DNA of 64,000 bases from Nitrospiraceae bacterium (GCA_050246315.1 JBFWWG010000002.1:332811-396810), one strand, 5' to 3'. Shown: positions 18,929 through 29,133, counted from the stretch's first letter. A program made the numbers and translations. Notes: generated from the sequence alone by a model not told the origin.

Positions 18929-19735
18929 ATGACCATTCTTCTTACTCGCTCGATCATCGCCGCGGTGGCCGCCGTCATCGTCGGCTTGACCCTGACCTCG
19001 TCGCCGTTCGCACAGAATGCAAAACCCACGGTGTCGCATTATGCCGGCCTGCGAGAGGATGCGCCGGTTCCTCGTCCGGGCCTGACGCCGAAAAAAGGGC
19101 GGGTGGCCGTCGTCGTCACCGACCCGCAGAACGATTTTCTCAACCCCAAGGGAGTGGCCTGGGGCGTCGTCGGACAGAGTGTGCAGGAAAACAAGACGGT
19201 CGAAAATATCGAGAGTCTCTTCAAGGCGGCTAAGGCCGCCGGTGTGCCGGTCTTTGTCAGCCCGCACTACTACTATGCGCACGACCATCAGTGGAAATTC
19301 GGCGGCGCGCTCGAAGTGCTCATGCACAACATCGGCATGTTCGATCGCAAAGGCGCCCTGACGCAGGAGGGCTTCGCCGGGTCCGGCGCCGATTGGCTTG
19401 ACCGGTACAAGCCGTATATCGAGGACGGTCGGACAGTGGTCGCGAGCCCGCACAAGGTGTTCGGGCCCGAGTCAAACGACCTCATCTTACAGTTGCGCAA
19501 AGCTGACATCAGCCAGGTGATCCTGGCCGGCATGTCCGCCAATCTCTGCACGGAGTCACATCTACGCGAACTGCTCGAGCAAGGGTTTGAAGTCGTGGTC
19601 GTCACCGATGCCACGGCCGCAGCCAAGCTGCCTGGATTCGACGGGTATGAAGCGGCCTTCGTGAACTTTCGCTTGATGGCCAGCGACGTGTGGAGCACGG
19701 CCCAGACGGTCAAAACCCTCACGAGTCTCAAGTAA
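18929..19735 (+). CDS. Exported cysteine hydrolase (isochorismatase family)
   Basis: Signal peptide; VVTDPQNDFL, SPHKVFGP, LAGMSANLCTESH (D-K-C triad). Confidence 0.88.
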   Translation: MTILLTRSIIAAVAAVIVGLTLTSSPFAQNAKPTVSHYAGLREDAPVPRPGLTPKKGRVAVVVTDPQNDFLNPKGVAWGVVGQSVQENKTVENIESLFKAAKAAGVPVFVSPHYYYAHDHQWKFGGALEVLMHNIGMFDRKGALTQEGFAGSGADWLDRYKPYIEDGRTVVASPHKVFGPESNDLILQLRKADISQVILAGMSANLCTESHLRELLEQGFEVVVVTDATAAAKLPGFDGYEAAFVNFRLMASDVWSTAQTVKTLTSLK

Positions 19736-19846
19736 TCCACTCAGACCTCCGGACGAGGCATCCGACCGTGGTGACAGAGACAAGACTGATGGCTCAGGTG
19801 ATCGTTTTGAGAGTTCTGTCCATTCGAACCGATGTGGGAGGAGAAC

Positions 19847-20638
19847 ATGCATACGTACGAAACTACTGCAATCGTGACAGGTGCGGGAAGCGGCATAGGC
19901 TTGGCCGTGGCGGAATCCTTTCTCCGCGAAGGCATGAACATCGTGCTCAACGGGCGCACCGAAGAGAAGCTTGTTCGTGCCGCGGCCGAGCTGGGTCAAC
20001 CCGATCGGCTTGCGATCGTCGCCGGCGACATCACCCGGCCAGGGACGGCCACCCGGGTTGTGGAAGCGGCGGTCCGCCGCTTCGGACAGCTCTCCGTGCT
20101 CGTGAACAACGCCGGCATCTTCTACACGAAACCTTTCACCGAATACGCCGTCGAAGAGCTTGACGGTTTTCTCGGGTACCTGCGGGGAACCTTTGTTCTG
20201 TCACAAGCGGCGGTTCGACAGATGCGTGGGCAAGGCCGCGGTGGGTCAATCGTCAACATCGGCACGATTCTCGCGTCGAACGGTGTGAACGGGATTCCTT
20301 CCAGCGCGCCCATTGCGGCCAAAGGGGGAATCATGGCGCTGACGAAGAATTTATCCGTTGAACTGGCGAGGGAAAACATTCGCATCAACGCAGTCGCGCC
20401 CGGAGTAGTTCCCACGCCCCTCTATGGTGACCTCACCGACGAGCAACTCGAAGCACTCCATGGAATGCAACCACTCGGTCGTTACGGGACGCCCAAGGAC
20501 ATTGCAGATGCCGTCCTGTACCTGGTCAAGGCGAGCTGGGTCACCGGAGTGATCCTCCCGGTGGATGGCGGAGTAGATGCCGGGGGCGATGGAGCCTACC
20601 ACGGAGTGAAGGAGAGCGCTGGGACAGTTGCGGCATGA
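19847..20638 (+). CDS. SDR-family oxidoreductase (atypical active site)
   Basis: TGAGSGIG, LVNNAG, IRINAVAPG, VTGVILPVDGG; the YxxxK position reads IAAK. Confidence 0.9.
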   Translation: MHTYETTAIVTGAGSGIGLAVAESFLREGMNIVLNGRTEEKLVRAAAELGQPDRLAIVAGDITRPGTATRVVEAAVRRFGQLSVLVNNAGIFYTKPFTEYAVEELDGFLGYLRGTFVLSQAAVRQMRGQGRGGSIVNIGTILASNGVNGIPSSAPIAAKGGIMALTKNLSVELARENIRINAVAPGVVPTPLYGDLTDEQLEALHGMQPLGRYGTPKDIADAVLYLVKASWVTGVILPVDGGVDAGGDGAYHGVKESAGTVAA

Positions 20639-20721
20639 GCGTGGCCGAACGGCTCCGCATGAATACAATGCACAGTATCTTAAAGATCCATACCACCACT
20701 CACGGATGCGAAGGAGGAACT

Positions 20722-21096
20722 ATGAAAACGGCAATCGTCATACTCTCTGACCCCAAGAGCGGCGCCGAGGAGGCGCTTGGGCGGGTATTCAATGCGCTCG
20801 CCCTGGCTGCTGAATCCAAGCAGAAAGGCGACGAGGTCGCCGTGGTCTTCAACGGCCCGGGCACACGGTGGCCGGCGGAGCTCACCAAGCTGGGGCATCC
20901 GGCCAACGATCTCTATAACTCCGTACGCGATGTTGTGCAGGGCGCGTCGTGCGCCTGTGCCGAGGTGTTCGGGGCGACGGACAGCGTGCGGTCGTGTGGA
21001 GTCACGACCGTGAACGACAACGCCTTGCCGGGAACTTCAGGCCTCTTAAGCCTCAGGCGATACCTGGCCGAGGGATGGAGCCTGGTGATTCTTTGA
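20722..21096 (+). CDS. DsrE-related protein
   Basis: MKTAIVILSDP...LGRVFNAL...VVFNGPGTRW...GASCACAEVFG; paralogous in pattern to 4198-4554. Confidence 0.8.
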   Translation: MKTAIVILSDPKSGAEEALGRVFNALALAAESKQKGDEVAVVFNGPGTRWPAELTKLGHPANDLYNSVRDVVQGASCACAEVFGATDSVRSCGVTTVNDNALPGTSGLLSLRRYLAEGWSLVIL

Positions 21097-21165
21097 TCTG
21101 TCGAACAGGGGTGGTGGAAGACGGTCTGAAGCCGTCTTCCCGTCCCACGAGCGGAGGGCACGAAG

Positions 21166-21765
21166 ATGGCGGGGAAATATCTTCATGTGACGATGACCGA
21201 GTCGGTACGCCGGGCGCAGCAACGGTACTACGGGCGTGCGTTGACGATCATGGATGTTCCCGAGCGTGATCCGTTAGGCGAACCCGAGGCTCAATTCATT
21301 GTGGATCGTGACAGTTTCTATCTGGGATCGGTCAGCGAGACCGGTTGGCCGTATGTCCAGCACAGAGGTGGGCCGAGAGGCTTTCTGAAAGTCCTCGATC
21401 CCGCCACCCTGGCCTTTGCCGACTACCGGGGGAATCGCCAGCTCATCAGCACAGGGAATCTCCAGGCGGACGATCGGGTGGCCTTGTTTCTCATGGACTA
21501 CAAGAACCGGGAACGGTTGAAGATCCTCGGACATGCACGGGTCGAAGACGTTCGAGACCAGTCGGCTCTGGCGAAGCGGCTCGCGCAGGGAGAGGGACTG
21601 GGCAAGGCGGAACGGATCGTCATCATCGATGTCGTGTCCTATGACTGGAACTGCCCCAAGTACATCACTCCGCGCTACTCGCTCGAGGAGGTGGAGGAGC
21701 TTGTCGCAGGATTGAAGACACGCATCGCTGATCTGGAATCGGAGCTTCGAGCAGTTCACGCATAG
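21166..21765 (+). CDS. Pyridoxamine 5'-phosphate oxidase-like FMN-binding protein
   Basis: RDSFYL..VSETGWPYVQHRGGPRGFL...FADYRGNRQ.IS.GNL...DWNCPKYITPR. Confidence 0.88.
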   Translation: MAGKYLHVTMTESVRRAQQRYYGRALTIMDVPERDPLGEPEAQFIVDRDSFYLGSVSETGWPYVQHRGGPRGFLKVLDPATLAFADYRGNRQLISTGNLQADDRVALFLMDYKNRERLKILGHARVEDVRDQSALAKRLAQGEGLGKAERIVIIDVVSYDWNCPKYITPRYSLEEVEELVAGLKTRIADLESELRAVHA

Positions 21766-21823
21766 GAGAGTGTTGGAAGTGATCGGACTCATGCTGATTT
21801 GGCCATATAAGGAGGGACGACCC

Positions 21824-23065
21824 ATGCAGGATCTATCGCGTCGACGTTTTCTGCAACTCGCGGTCGCAACGGGCGGAGTGTTGGTGCTCGGGGATCTGGC
21901 GGACTGGCTCCAGTTCCCGCGGTCCGGACGTGTTGCCTACGCCTCCGAACCGATCAAGGTCGGGATCATGGATCCTCTTTCAAGTCCCTACAAAACCTCC
22001 TCGATCCACGACGTCCACGGCGCGACCGTGGCGGTGGATCGCTTCAACAAGGACGGCGGGGTACTGGGACGTCCGGTCGCCATCATCGAGGCTGATGATG
22101 CGTCCACGGTGGAGACCGCCGTGCAGGCGGCCCGCAAGCTCATCACGGACGATCGTGTGGACTTGCTCATGGGCACCTTCAACGGCGACGTGGCGTTGGC
22201 CGTCGCACAGGTGGCCAAGCAGGAGAACCGGCTCTTCATGGTGACCGGGGCACATGTGCCGGAGTTGACGGGTTTGGGGTGCAACTCGCATACGTTCGTG
22301 TTCATGCCGAGCGCCCGAATGTTGTCCAGGGCCGTTGCTCCCCACCTCGTGAAGGCCTACGGGAATCGCTGGTTCATGATCACGGCCGAGACAATGGACG
22401 GCCGGGCGGCAGAACAGGCCATGGCGGCCGCGCTCCAGGCCGAGGGTGGCAAAGTGCTCGGCTCGGTCAGCACGCCCTTCGGGACAACCGACTTCACAGC
22501 AGCGTTGGCTCAAGCCAAAACTGCGAAACCAGGCGCCGTGATCCTGAATCTCTACGGCTGGGATCTTGTTCATGCGCTGAAGGCCTATACAGCGGCGGGG
22601 TTGGCCAAGGAGCAGATCGGAGTGGGCGGGATGATCGGCGGCGAGCAAATCGGCCGTCCGCTTGGCTATGCCAACAACGCGGGGATCTGGGGATTGATCT
22701 GGGACCCGAAGATCAACAGCGAGAGCTCGCGGCGGTTCATTCAAGGCGTAATCGACAAGTACAACCATACCCCCACCTCACGCTGCTATCACGGCTATGC
22801 TGCGATGACACAGATTCCGGAGGCGGTTCAACGGGCCGGCACGACCGAGACGCAAGCGGTCATCAAGGCGCTGGAGGGACATGAATTCGACGGGCTGAAA
22901 GAGGGCCGGTCCTATTTTCGCGCCAGGGATCACCAGCATGTGCAGGACGTGCTGGTAGGGAAAGCCTACGGCAAGGAACTGGGCTTGGGCCATTACCACC
23001 TGCTGGCCACAGTTCCAGGTGACGCCGTCGCCGGTCGTCAGGACGAGTCGACTTGCACGCTCTAG
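21824..23065 (+). CDS. ABC transporter substrate-binding protein (LivK/branched-chain type), Tat-exported
   Basis: SRRRFLQ twin-Arg leader; IKVG...GGVLGRPV...DD...PFGTTDF...VIKALEG. Confidence 0.85.
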   Translation: MQDLSRRRFLQLAVATGGVLVLGDLADWLQFPRSGRVAYASEPIKVGIMDPLSSPYKTSSIHDVHGATVAVDRFNKDGGVLGRPVAIIEADDASTVETAVQAARKLITDDRVDLLMGTFNGDVALAVAQVAKQENRLFMVTGAHVPELTGLGCNSHTFVFMPSARMLSRAVAPHLVKAYGNRWFMITAETMDGRAAEQAMAAALQAEGGKVLGSVSTPFGTTDFTAALAQAKTAKPGAVILNLYGWDLVHALKAYTAAGLAKEQIGVGGMIGGEQIGRPLGYANNAGIWGLIWDPKINSESSRRFIQGVIDKYNHTPTSRCYHGYAAMTQIPEAVQRAGTTETQAVIKALEGHEFDGLKEGRSYFRARDHQHVQDVLVGKAYGKELGLGHYHLLATVPGDAVAGRQDESTCTL

Positions 23066-23074
23066 GAGCACGTC

Positions 23075-23554
23075 ATGTCAACGATCCCGAATAGGCGTCC
23101 CCCTGTTCCACCCTTTACCGAGGAGACCGCAATCCGGAAAGTGCGGATGGCAGAGGACGCCTGGAACAACCGCAATCCTGATATCATCGCACTGGCTTAC
23201 AGCGTCGACAGCCTGTGGCGGAATCGCAACGAGTTCCTGTCCGGCCGTGAGGCGATCGTGGCATTTCTCCGGCGCAAATGGGCCAAGGAGCTGGACTACA
23301 GGCTGATTAAGGAACTGTGGGCGTTCCATGAGACGCGCATCGCCGTGCGTTTTGCCTATGAGTGGCACGACGATTCCGGAAACTGGTTCCGGTCCTACGG
23401 GAACGAGAACTGGGAGTTCGACGGAAATGGCCTCATGCACCGGCGCCTCGCAAGCATCAACGATCTTCCCATTAAAGAGGAGGAACGCCAATACCGCTGG
23501 CGGCTTGGCCCTCGCCCCGAGGGCCATCCTTCCCTGTCCGATCTCGGCCTGTGA
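23075..23554 (+). CDS. DUF1348 (NTF2/SnoaL-like) protein
   Basis: [21 protein letters not shown]...WRNRNEF...[13 protein letters not shown]...[11 protein letters not shown]. Confidence 0.92.
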   Translation: MSTIPNRRPPVPPFTEETAIRKVRMAEDAWNNRNPDIIALAYSVDSLWRNRNEFLSGREAIVAFLRRKWAKELDYRLIKELWAFHETRIAVRFAYEWHDDSGNWFRSYGNENWEFDGNGLMHRRLASINDLPIKEEERQYRWRLGPRPEGHPSLSDLGL

Positions 23555-23714
23555 AGGACGGCGTGAGTGAGACAGGCAAATGTCGGCGAATGTCCGCTAT
23601 GGCAGTCAATCGAGATGGGATCAATGCATCGCGACTATCTCGCATTCCGGCAACCATGGGGAGCGGTCACGGGAAGAGGCTCTGTGACCATGTTGTCCTG
23701 GGAGAGCCACAATT

Positions 23715-23730
23715 TGTAAGCTACCTCACA
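23715..23730. promoter_or_regulatory. Crp/Fnr-type box (7 of 9)
   Basis: TGTAAG-CTAC-CTCACA in the intergenic region before the Crp/Fnr gene. Confidence 0.6.
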
Positions 23731-24169
23731 GATTTTCCTTATGCATATCGGGTAACAGCACAAATTGCGCTGGTGTCTTCGAAGGGCCGCGCGTCACATG
23801 TGTCGAGATGCAGCCGAAGACGCATCCCAGTCGTCGGCGTCAGGTATCGTTCGGTTGTGAACGTTCCAAACCGTGGCCGGTACGATGGCCTGAGTACTAG
23901 TTGATGACGCTCTTCACATCATCCAGCGGATGGCAGCAGCCGACCCAGGAAAGAGCGATGAGACGCAATTGCCATTGAGTGGCGATGCAGTTGCAAGCTG
24001 TTACCGCTTTCTTGCTAGCGAGAGCTGCCGGATGTCATGATGACGTGCAGGCATTCCATCTGCACGAAGCACCTCGGACTACCTGGGTCCGGAGGCCGAC
24101 TTGGCGGTGCCTGTTGCATTGTTCGAGGTGCGCGATTAGTCTGTAGCACGTTAACCGTGAGCTGACCTG

Positions 24170-24874
24170 ATGGAACGCGTACAGTCTGCCGCCACCAACA
24201 AGCTCTGGTTCCTCAAGCACATTCGCTTGTTTGACGGGATCTCTCCGTCTGAAATGCAGGAGATGGAGAAAATTACCCGAATGGAAGAGGTCAAGAAACG
24301 GCAGCCCCTGTACCTTCCGGGCGATCCGAGCAGCAACGTCTATCTCCTCAAGAAGGGCCGCGTCAAAATCGCCAACACGGCGCCCAGCGGGAAAGAGGTC
24401 ACCTTCGACATTTTAGAGCCGGGAGAAGTGTTCGGAGAACTTGAGGTGCTGGAGGACGCTCCCCGCTCGACATCGGCCGAGGCCCTTGATGACGCGCTGA
24501 TTTGTGTGATTCCCCGGAAGGATTTCGATCAGTACCTGGCCATGCATCCGAACGTGACGGTCAAGTTGACCAAGCTCATCGGGTTGCGGCTCAAGAAAAT
24601 CCAGAGCCGCATCGAAGATCTGGTCTTCCGTGATGTGCCGGCCCGCCTGGCCCATCTGCTCTCGGAGTTGAGCAAATCCGATGGGGTCGCAGAAAAGCAG
24701 GGTGTTCGACTGAAAGTGAAGTTGACCCATCAGGAAATGGCCAACTTGATCGGTTGCAGCCGCGAGACCGTGAGCGCCACCATGGGCCAGTTCCGGGACC
24801 AAGGCCTCATCCAGATGGATGGCCGCACAATCACCATTCTGAAGCCGGATGGGCTCTTACGCCTGATGTCATAA
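24170..24874 (+). CDS. Crp/Fnr-family transcriptional regulator
   Basis: cNMP-binding fold (GRVKI...PGEVFGE...PRSTSAEA) and HTH LTHQEMANLIGCSRETVS. Confidence 0.95.
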   Translation: MERVQSAATNKLWFLKHIRLFDGISPSEMQEMEKITRMEEVKKRQPLYLPGDPSSNVYLLKKGRVKIANTAPSGKEVTFDILEPGEVFGELEVLEDAPRSTSAEALDDALICVIPRKDFDQYLAMHPNVTVKLTKLIGLRLKKIQSRIEDLVFRDVPARLAHLLSELSKSDGVAEKQGVRLKVKLTHQEMANLIGCSRETVSATMGQFRDQGLIQMDGRTITILKPDGLLRLMS

Positions 24875-24960
24875 GAACTCTCCTATTTAATCCTGCACAC
24901 CGGCCGCTTCGCGCCATATATTGACGGTTCCCTCCATATTTACAGTAGGTTCAGCCGGGC

Positions 24961-25719
24961 TCATGGCAGTGGGCCGCCGCATGAAGCGCATCGAGAATCG
25001 ACGATCGCATTGGGGGTGGAGCGAGGAGCGGCGACCGGCATGTCGCCCCGCAGTAGACGGACCCAGCGTGCGGTGGGGTAGCGAACCACCAACTTCGGGA
25101 CGAGGAGGAGCAGGGCTACCATAATCAATCCGAGCACGATCAAGAACCACTCCCCCGAGACGACTTGGCTGCCTGCATAGGTCAGTGCGAGCGTAGGAAC
25201 AATCATCCCCAACAGAGTCGCGGCGGCGAACACGCGAAGCGACATGTTCGTGAGGCCCGCTCCGTAACTCACGAGATCGAATGAAAAGACCGGGAGCAAC
25301 CGCGCGAGGAAAACGAAGATGGCCAAGTGCCGGTCCGAACATCGCTCGCAAAAGCTGATCTCCGTCCGGAAGATCCGAGTCACGACTTCCCGTCCCAGGG
25401 CTCTGCCGATGAGAAAACTGAAAATTGCACCAAGTTCCGCGCCGGCGACAGCATAGGCAGTCCCTAAGGTCACGCCGAAAGTGGCGCCCGCTGCCAGATC
25501 CAAGGGCAGACTGGGAATGGGAGTGATGACCACAGCCGCCGCCATGAGTGCCATGAACAGGATCGGCCCGAAGGGACCAGCCGCACGGAGTTGATCGGCG
25601 ATCCTGTCCGGCTTGAGCAACTCCCCTACATCCAGCCAGTATACAGCTCCATAGCCCGCCACTAGTACGACGAGAAGCGCGCCGACCTTCAGCCAACGTG
25701 TTCTTGTGGTCATCGCCAT
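24961..25719 (-). CDS. TVP38/TMEM64 (DedA) membrane protein with a C-terminal CxxC tail
   Basis: PIPSLPLDLAAGATFG...ARLLPVFSFDLVSYGAGLT...ATLLGM; internal CERC and terminal CASCGG. Confidence 0.88.
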   Translation of the reverse strand: MAMTTRTRWLKVGALLVVLVAGYGAVYWLDVGELLKPDRIADQLRAAGPFGPILFMALMAAAVVITPIPSLPLDLAAGATFGVTLGTAYAVAGAELGAIFSFLIGRALGREVVTRIFRTEISFCERCSDRHLAIFVFLARLLPVFSFDLVSYGAGLTNMSLRVFAAATLLGMIVPTLALTYAGSQVVSGEWFLIVLGLIMVALLLLVPKLVVRYPTARWVRLLRGDMPVAAPRSTPNAIVDSRCASCGGPLP

Positions 25720-25732
25720 ATCTCCCGTCCGG

Positions 25733-26464
25733 TCAAAATAACCGAGGTGTAAAGAATGACACGCCGACATACGGCAGGACTCCGTTGATTCCAGTATTTC
25801 TATCGCCAAGATTCGAATTGGAAATATGATGGAGTCGCACGCCCATCGTCCAGGTTATCCGGTCCGTCACGAAATACTGCACCCCGGGGCCGGTTTCCAA
25901 GACGAATTCGAACTGTGTGCTTTGTTCCGGAATCCGCGGCGCCAGATTGGTCCAGATCATGCCGGCGCCAGCGTCCCAGAAGGGGACCCATCGGCCGAAC
26001 GACAGAAAGTTGTACTTCAGAATGAAGGATCCTCCGGCAGCCTCGGCCGCGAAGGGTTGGACAAATCGGGCGAACACTGGTTCTACTAACAGCTCGACAT
26101 TGCCTTGCCACCAACTGTTCCCCAGCGGATCGGTGAGCACCATCCCGACGCGCGGCATCACGAAGACCGCGCTCCGGTTGGAGGAGGAGCCGTTCCCGAT
26201 CGCCGTCGTGCCCTGGGCGTATCCCACAGCCCCTCCGAGTTCCATAGTCCCCCGGGGCATGACATCGCGGACCTCAAATGAGGACTGCGCAGACGCGACA
26301 CTGCCACTGGCCCAGAGCATCACAATGGTGAGCACCGATGCTGAGAAGAGTGGGCCGATGTGATGCCAACGTTGACCTATCAGCCTTTTCGGAGTCCCCT
26401 GTCCTGCCGCAGTGTGACTCCGGCATTCCCGCCTGTTCCCCGTTCGCATGATCCCGCATTGCAC
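25733..26464 (-). CDS. Acyloxyacyl hydrolase/PagL-like outer-membrane beta-barrel (start uncertain)
   Basis: Alternating beta-strand pattern; PFWDAGAG; RLHHISN..LGDRNTGIN catalytic His-Ser motif. Confidence 0.8.
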   Translation of the reverse strand: MQCGIMRTGNRRECRSHTAAGQGTPKRLIGQRWHHIGPLFSASVLTIVMLWASGSVASAQSSFEVRDVMPRGTMELGGAVGYAQGTTAIGNGSSSNRSAVFVMPRVGMVLTDPLGNSWWQGNVELLVEPVFARFVQPFAAEAAGGSFILKYNFLSFGRWVPFWDAGAGMIWTNLAPRIPEQSTQFEFVLETGPGVQYFVTDRITWTMGVRLHHISNSNLGDRNTGINGVLPYVGVSFFTPRLF

Positions 26465-26518
26465 CCTTTCTATCCATCACTGGATGATTGCATGGTACGG
26501 CAGGCTTGAAGGCGCGTC

Positions 26519-26534
26519 TGTGACATGCCTTACA
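26519..26534. promoter_or_regulatory. Crp/Fnr-type box (8 of 9)
   Basis: TGTGAC-ATGC-CTTACA upstream of the PagL-like/TVP38 pair. Confidence 0.6.
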
Positions 26535-26642
26535 AGCGACGGGAAATATGTTCGAGGAAGCAGCCGAGAGAGTGGGCTCTTGGGATGTTGGACAATCAGA
26601 GGAGTTGACGGATGATCTTGCGTGTCTCCTGCCCCTTGCCGG

Positions 26643-27182
26643 TCACCGATCCAGTACGCCGACCTGTGTGTTGCTCGGCACACAAGGCGCGGCATAGCCC
26701 ATGGCGTGCAGGACTGTCGGAAACACGCGACAGACGGCAATGGCCATGGACAGTTCGACCAGTCCAACTTCGCCGTACCGACGCAGGATGGCCTCGCGCC
26801 ATTCATCTTCTGCGCCATTTCCAGTAGTCACGGCTTCGGCAAAGAAGAATACTTCCGCCAGGTCCGGGGAGAGCGAACAGGGGTTTTCATCGAGGATCGA
26901 ATTAAGAGCGGCCGCGCTGACCCCTGCTTGTTTCGCGAGGTGCACCTCCATCTGGAGACACGTTCCGCAGTCTTCATGCGAAGCCGTCACAATTCGCGCA
27001 ATGTGATAAGCCTCAGGAGGAAGGGCGCGGCGAAATCCTGCTAGGGGCATCATCTTCATGAACTTCAGAAGGTGCGGAGGCGACACCCGAAGAATGTGGT
27101 GTAGGTAGGCGAGCGAGACCCCCTGTTCATATTCGACCGCACGTAGTCGCTTCTCGATGAACCAGCGGATCACCGGTATCAT
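26643..27182 (-). CDS. AhpD/CMD-like protein
   Basis: HEDCGTCLQMEV..A..AGV (CxxC)...GLVELSMAIA..RVFPT; ATGA coupling to the upstream gene. Confidence 0.7.
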   Translation of the reverse strand: MIPVIRWFIEKRLRAVEYEQGVSLAYLHHILRVSPPHLLKFMKMMPLAGFRRALPPEAYHIARIVTASHEDCGTCLQMEVHLAKQAGVSAAALNSILDENPCSLSPDLAEVFFFAEAVTTGNGAEDEWREAILRRYGEVGLVELSMAIAVCRVFPTVLHAMGYAAPCVPSNTQVGVLDR

Positions 27183-28207
27183 GGGGATCTCCGTTCCGAA
27201 TTCTTGAACACCAGAGTGTCCGGATGAAACGCGTACCAAGCGAACCAGAAGGCCATGATTGAGGGTAGCGGCTTGCCGTCGGCATCGAGGACTGAGGCGC
27301 TACGGGATTGCCGATTGAATCGTATCGTAATGGACCGGCCACCGACCTGGTCGATGATGGGAGGGCGGGTATTCTTCAGCTCTGAAAAGGGATAGGCCTT
27401 GGTGACACCGTTGATCTCCACCCCCACGATCCATTCCTTGGGATGGTAGCTTGGATCGAAGTGCGTCGTGTCGAACATCAGGTCTCGACGCTCGGCATAG
27501 CCCAGGTACGGATCGTGGTCGTAGTTCCGGAATGATCCGGTCTTTGTGGAGAGGACGAGCGTGGCGGGGTGGGCGGCGCGCCATTCTGCCCAGGTCGTAT
27601 GTTCGAGGAAGATAGGCGTGAGCTTTTCCCCGGTCAAAGGCCCTGCCACCGCGTGCATGCCGACTTGTGACCAGAGGCTTTCGGTCTGGCGGTCGTACAT
27701 GAGGAGGTCACTCTGATAGAGCAGGCCAGACACACCGAATGTGTGTCGTCGCCCTTGTACGATAGCTTCGAACGCGATGCCGGTTCCGCACAAGGGACAA
27801 TAGGTCACGACAATCGGTTTCCCTCCCACCGAGTCGTTCACAATTTCATGCCAATTCAGAATCTTGATCGGGTAGGCCTTGGCATCGTGCCCGAGCGTGA
27901 GACCCAGCACGCGATCTCCATCGGACAGAAACGTCGCCTCCGCGGCCGGGACGAATTGCGGCTGAAGAATCGCGGGGATCCCGTCCTTGCCGGGACCTCC
28001 GTCAACGATCTGATCGAGCGGCACGCTGTGGCGGGTCAGGTCGAATGTCGTCGTCGGAGTTTTCCCAAGTCCGAGCCAGGCCGAAAGTATCAGGATCGCG
28101 CCGATTGCAATGAACAAGCTCCACCGCCATTGCGGAGAACTGATGCGCTGACGGAACGTATTGCGAGGAACCGCGGCAGGAAAGAGATCTGGCTGCAGAG
28201 CGCTCAT
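27179..28207 (-). CDS. DUF3179-family protein
   Basis: GGPGKDGIPAI, KAYPIKILNWHEIVND, TYCPLCGTG, FGVSGLLY.SDL.MYDRQTESLWSQ, FWFAWYAFHP. Confidence 0.9.
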   Translation of the reverse strand: MSALQPDLFPAAVPRNTFRQRISSPQWRWSLFIAIGAILILSAWLGLGKTPTTTFDLTRHSVPLDQIVDGGPGKDGIPAILQPQFVPAAEATFLSDGDRVLGLTLGHDAKAYPIKILNWHEIVNDSVGGKPIVVTYCPLCGTGIAFEAIVQGRRHTFGVSGLLYQSDLLMYDRQTESLWSQVGMHAVAGPLTGEKLTPIFLEHTTWAEWRAAHPATLVLSTKTGSFRNYDHDPYLGYAERRDLMFDTTHFDPSYHPKEWIVGVEINGVTKAYPFSELKNTRPPIIDQVGGRSITIRFNRQSRSASVLDADGKPLPSIMAFWFAWYAFHPDTLVFKNSERRSP

Positions 28208-28833
28208 CAGATGAACCAGTAGATGCCCGCAACACACGACAGCAGGACGAGCAAGATGATCATGCTCCCGATCCCACAGGCCGCACAGTGGTGCTCTTCT
28301 CGTGAGAGCGCGAACTGGCTTGCTCGCGTCGCTTCGTAACTCTGATATTCTTCGCGCAAACAACTGTTCACGAATCTGACGGTATCCGGAACAAAGGCCG
28401 GCATGATTCCCGACAGGTATCGATCAAAGGCCTTGAAGAAGCGAATGGTCGACAAGATCTTGTCGTACGTCGCCTGGTCGAGCGCGCCCAGACGGAACGC
28501 GTGGGGCAATGCCGCGATGAAATAGGTTCCGGCCTCGTTCGTCGTGATGGCTAAGGCGATGATAAGCTTGGTTCTCCGATCCAGACGTTCGAGGTTCACT
28601 TCTTCCTTGAACAGTTCCCAGGCCGTTTCCAGATACGCCGGTCGATTGCGCATACCATCAAACAAATCGGGCACGAACGAGATGTCGAATGTCCGGGTGA
28701 TATCCAGAAATACGGCCTGAACGGTGGTAGAGCGGGTGAGCTCGGCATCAGTCATCGAGGCTTCATCGCCTTCTGCGAACAGGTTTGTGGCCCGTACTGT
28801 CCTAGTCGGGACAACAGAAGACTGTGCCTTCAT
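28207..28833 (-). CDS. Hypothetical AhpD-like protein with a C-terminal TM helix
   Basis: VFLDI..TF...FVPDLF...PAYLE..W...LDRRTKLIIALAI; TGATG coupling. Confidence 0.65.
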   Translation of the reverse strand: MKAQSSVVPTRTVRATNLFAEGDEASMTDAELTRSTTVQAVFLDITRTFDISFVPDLFDGMRNRPAYLETAWELFKEEVNLERLDRRTKLIIALAITTNEAGTYFIAALPHAFRLGALDQATYDKILSTIRFFKAFDRYLSGIMPAFVPDTVRFVNSCLREEYQSYEATRASQFALSREEHHCAACGIGSMIILLVLLSCVAGIYWFI

Positions 28834-29084
28834 CGTTCCCCCTTCTCCCAGGCACGCAATTTGGCCACAAGCCAGTCCTTCTTCGGAATACCGGTGGTGA
28901 GGATGCGTCCGTCTAGCAAGAAAGCTGGAAAGACCACCACCCCAGACAGGTCCGTGTCACCCGATGTCGCGGTTCGGACGTTGATGTCCCAATTCGGGAG
29001 TGCACTCTGGATCTCCTGCGCCAGGGTTCGAGCTGAGAGCTCGGACAGGCATCCCCCATGCACGAGAATATCAAGTCGGGCCAT
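28830..29084 (-). CDS. Small thioredoxin-like protein
   Basis: LDILVHGGC...GVVVFPAFLLDG....GIP; ATGA overlap with the next gene. Confidence 0.65.
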   Translation of the reverse strand: MARLDILVHGGCLSELSARTLAQEIQSALPNWDINVRTATSGDTDLSGVVVFPAFLLDGRILTTGIPKKDWLVAKLRAWEKGER

Positions 29085-29117
29085 ACCGGCATTCTAGAGG
29101 GATCGCCCATAGCAATC

Positions 29118-29133
29118 TGTGAGGGGGCTTACA
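29118..29133. promoter_or_regulatory. Crp/Fnr-type box (9 of 9)
   Basis: TGTGAG-GGGG-CTTACA just upstream of the Trx-like/DUF3179 operon. Confidence 0.65.
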
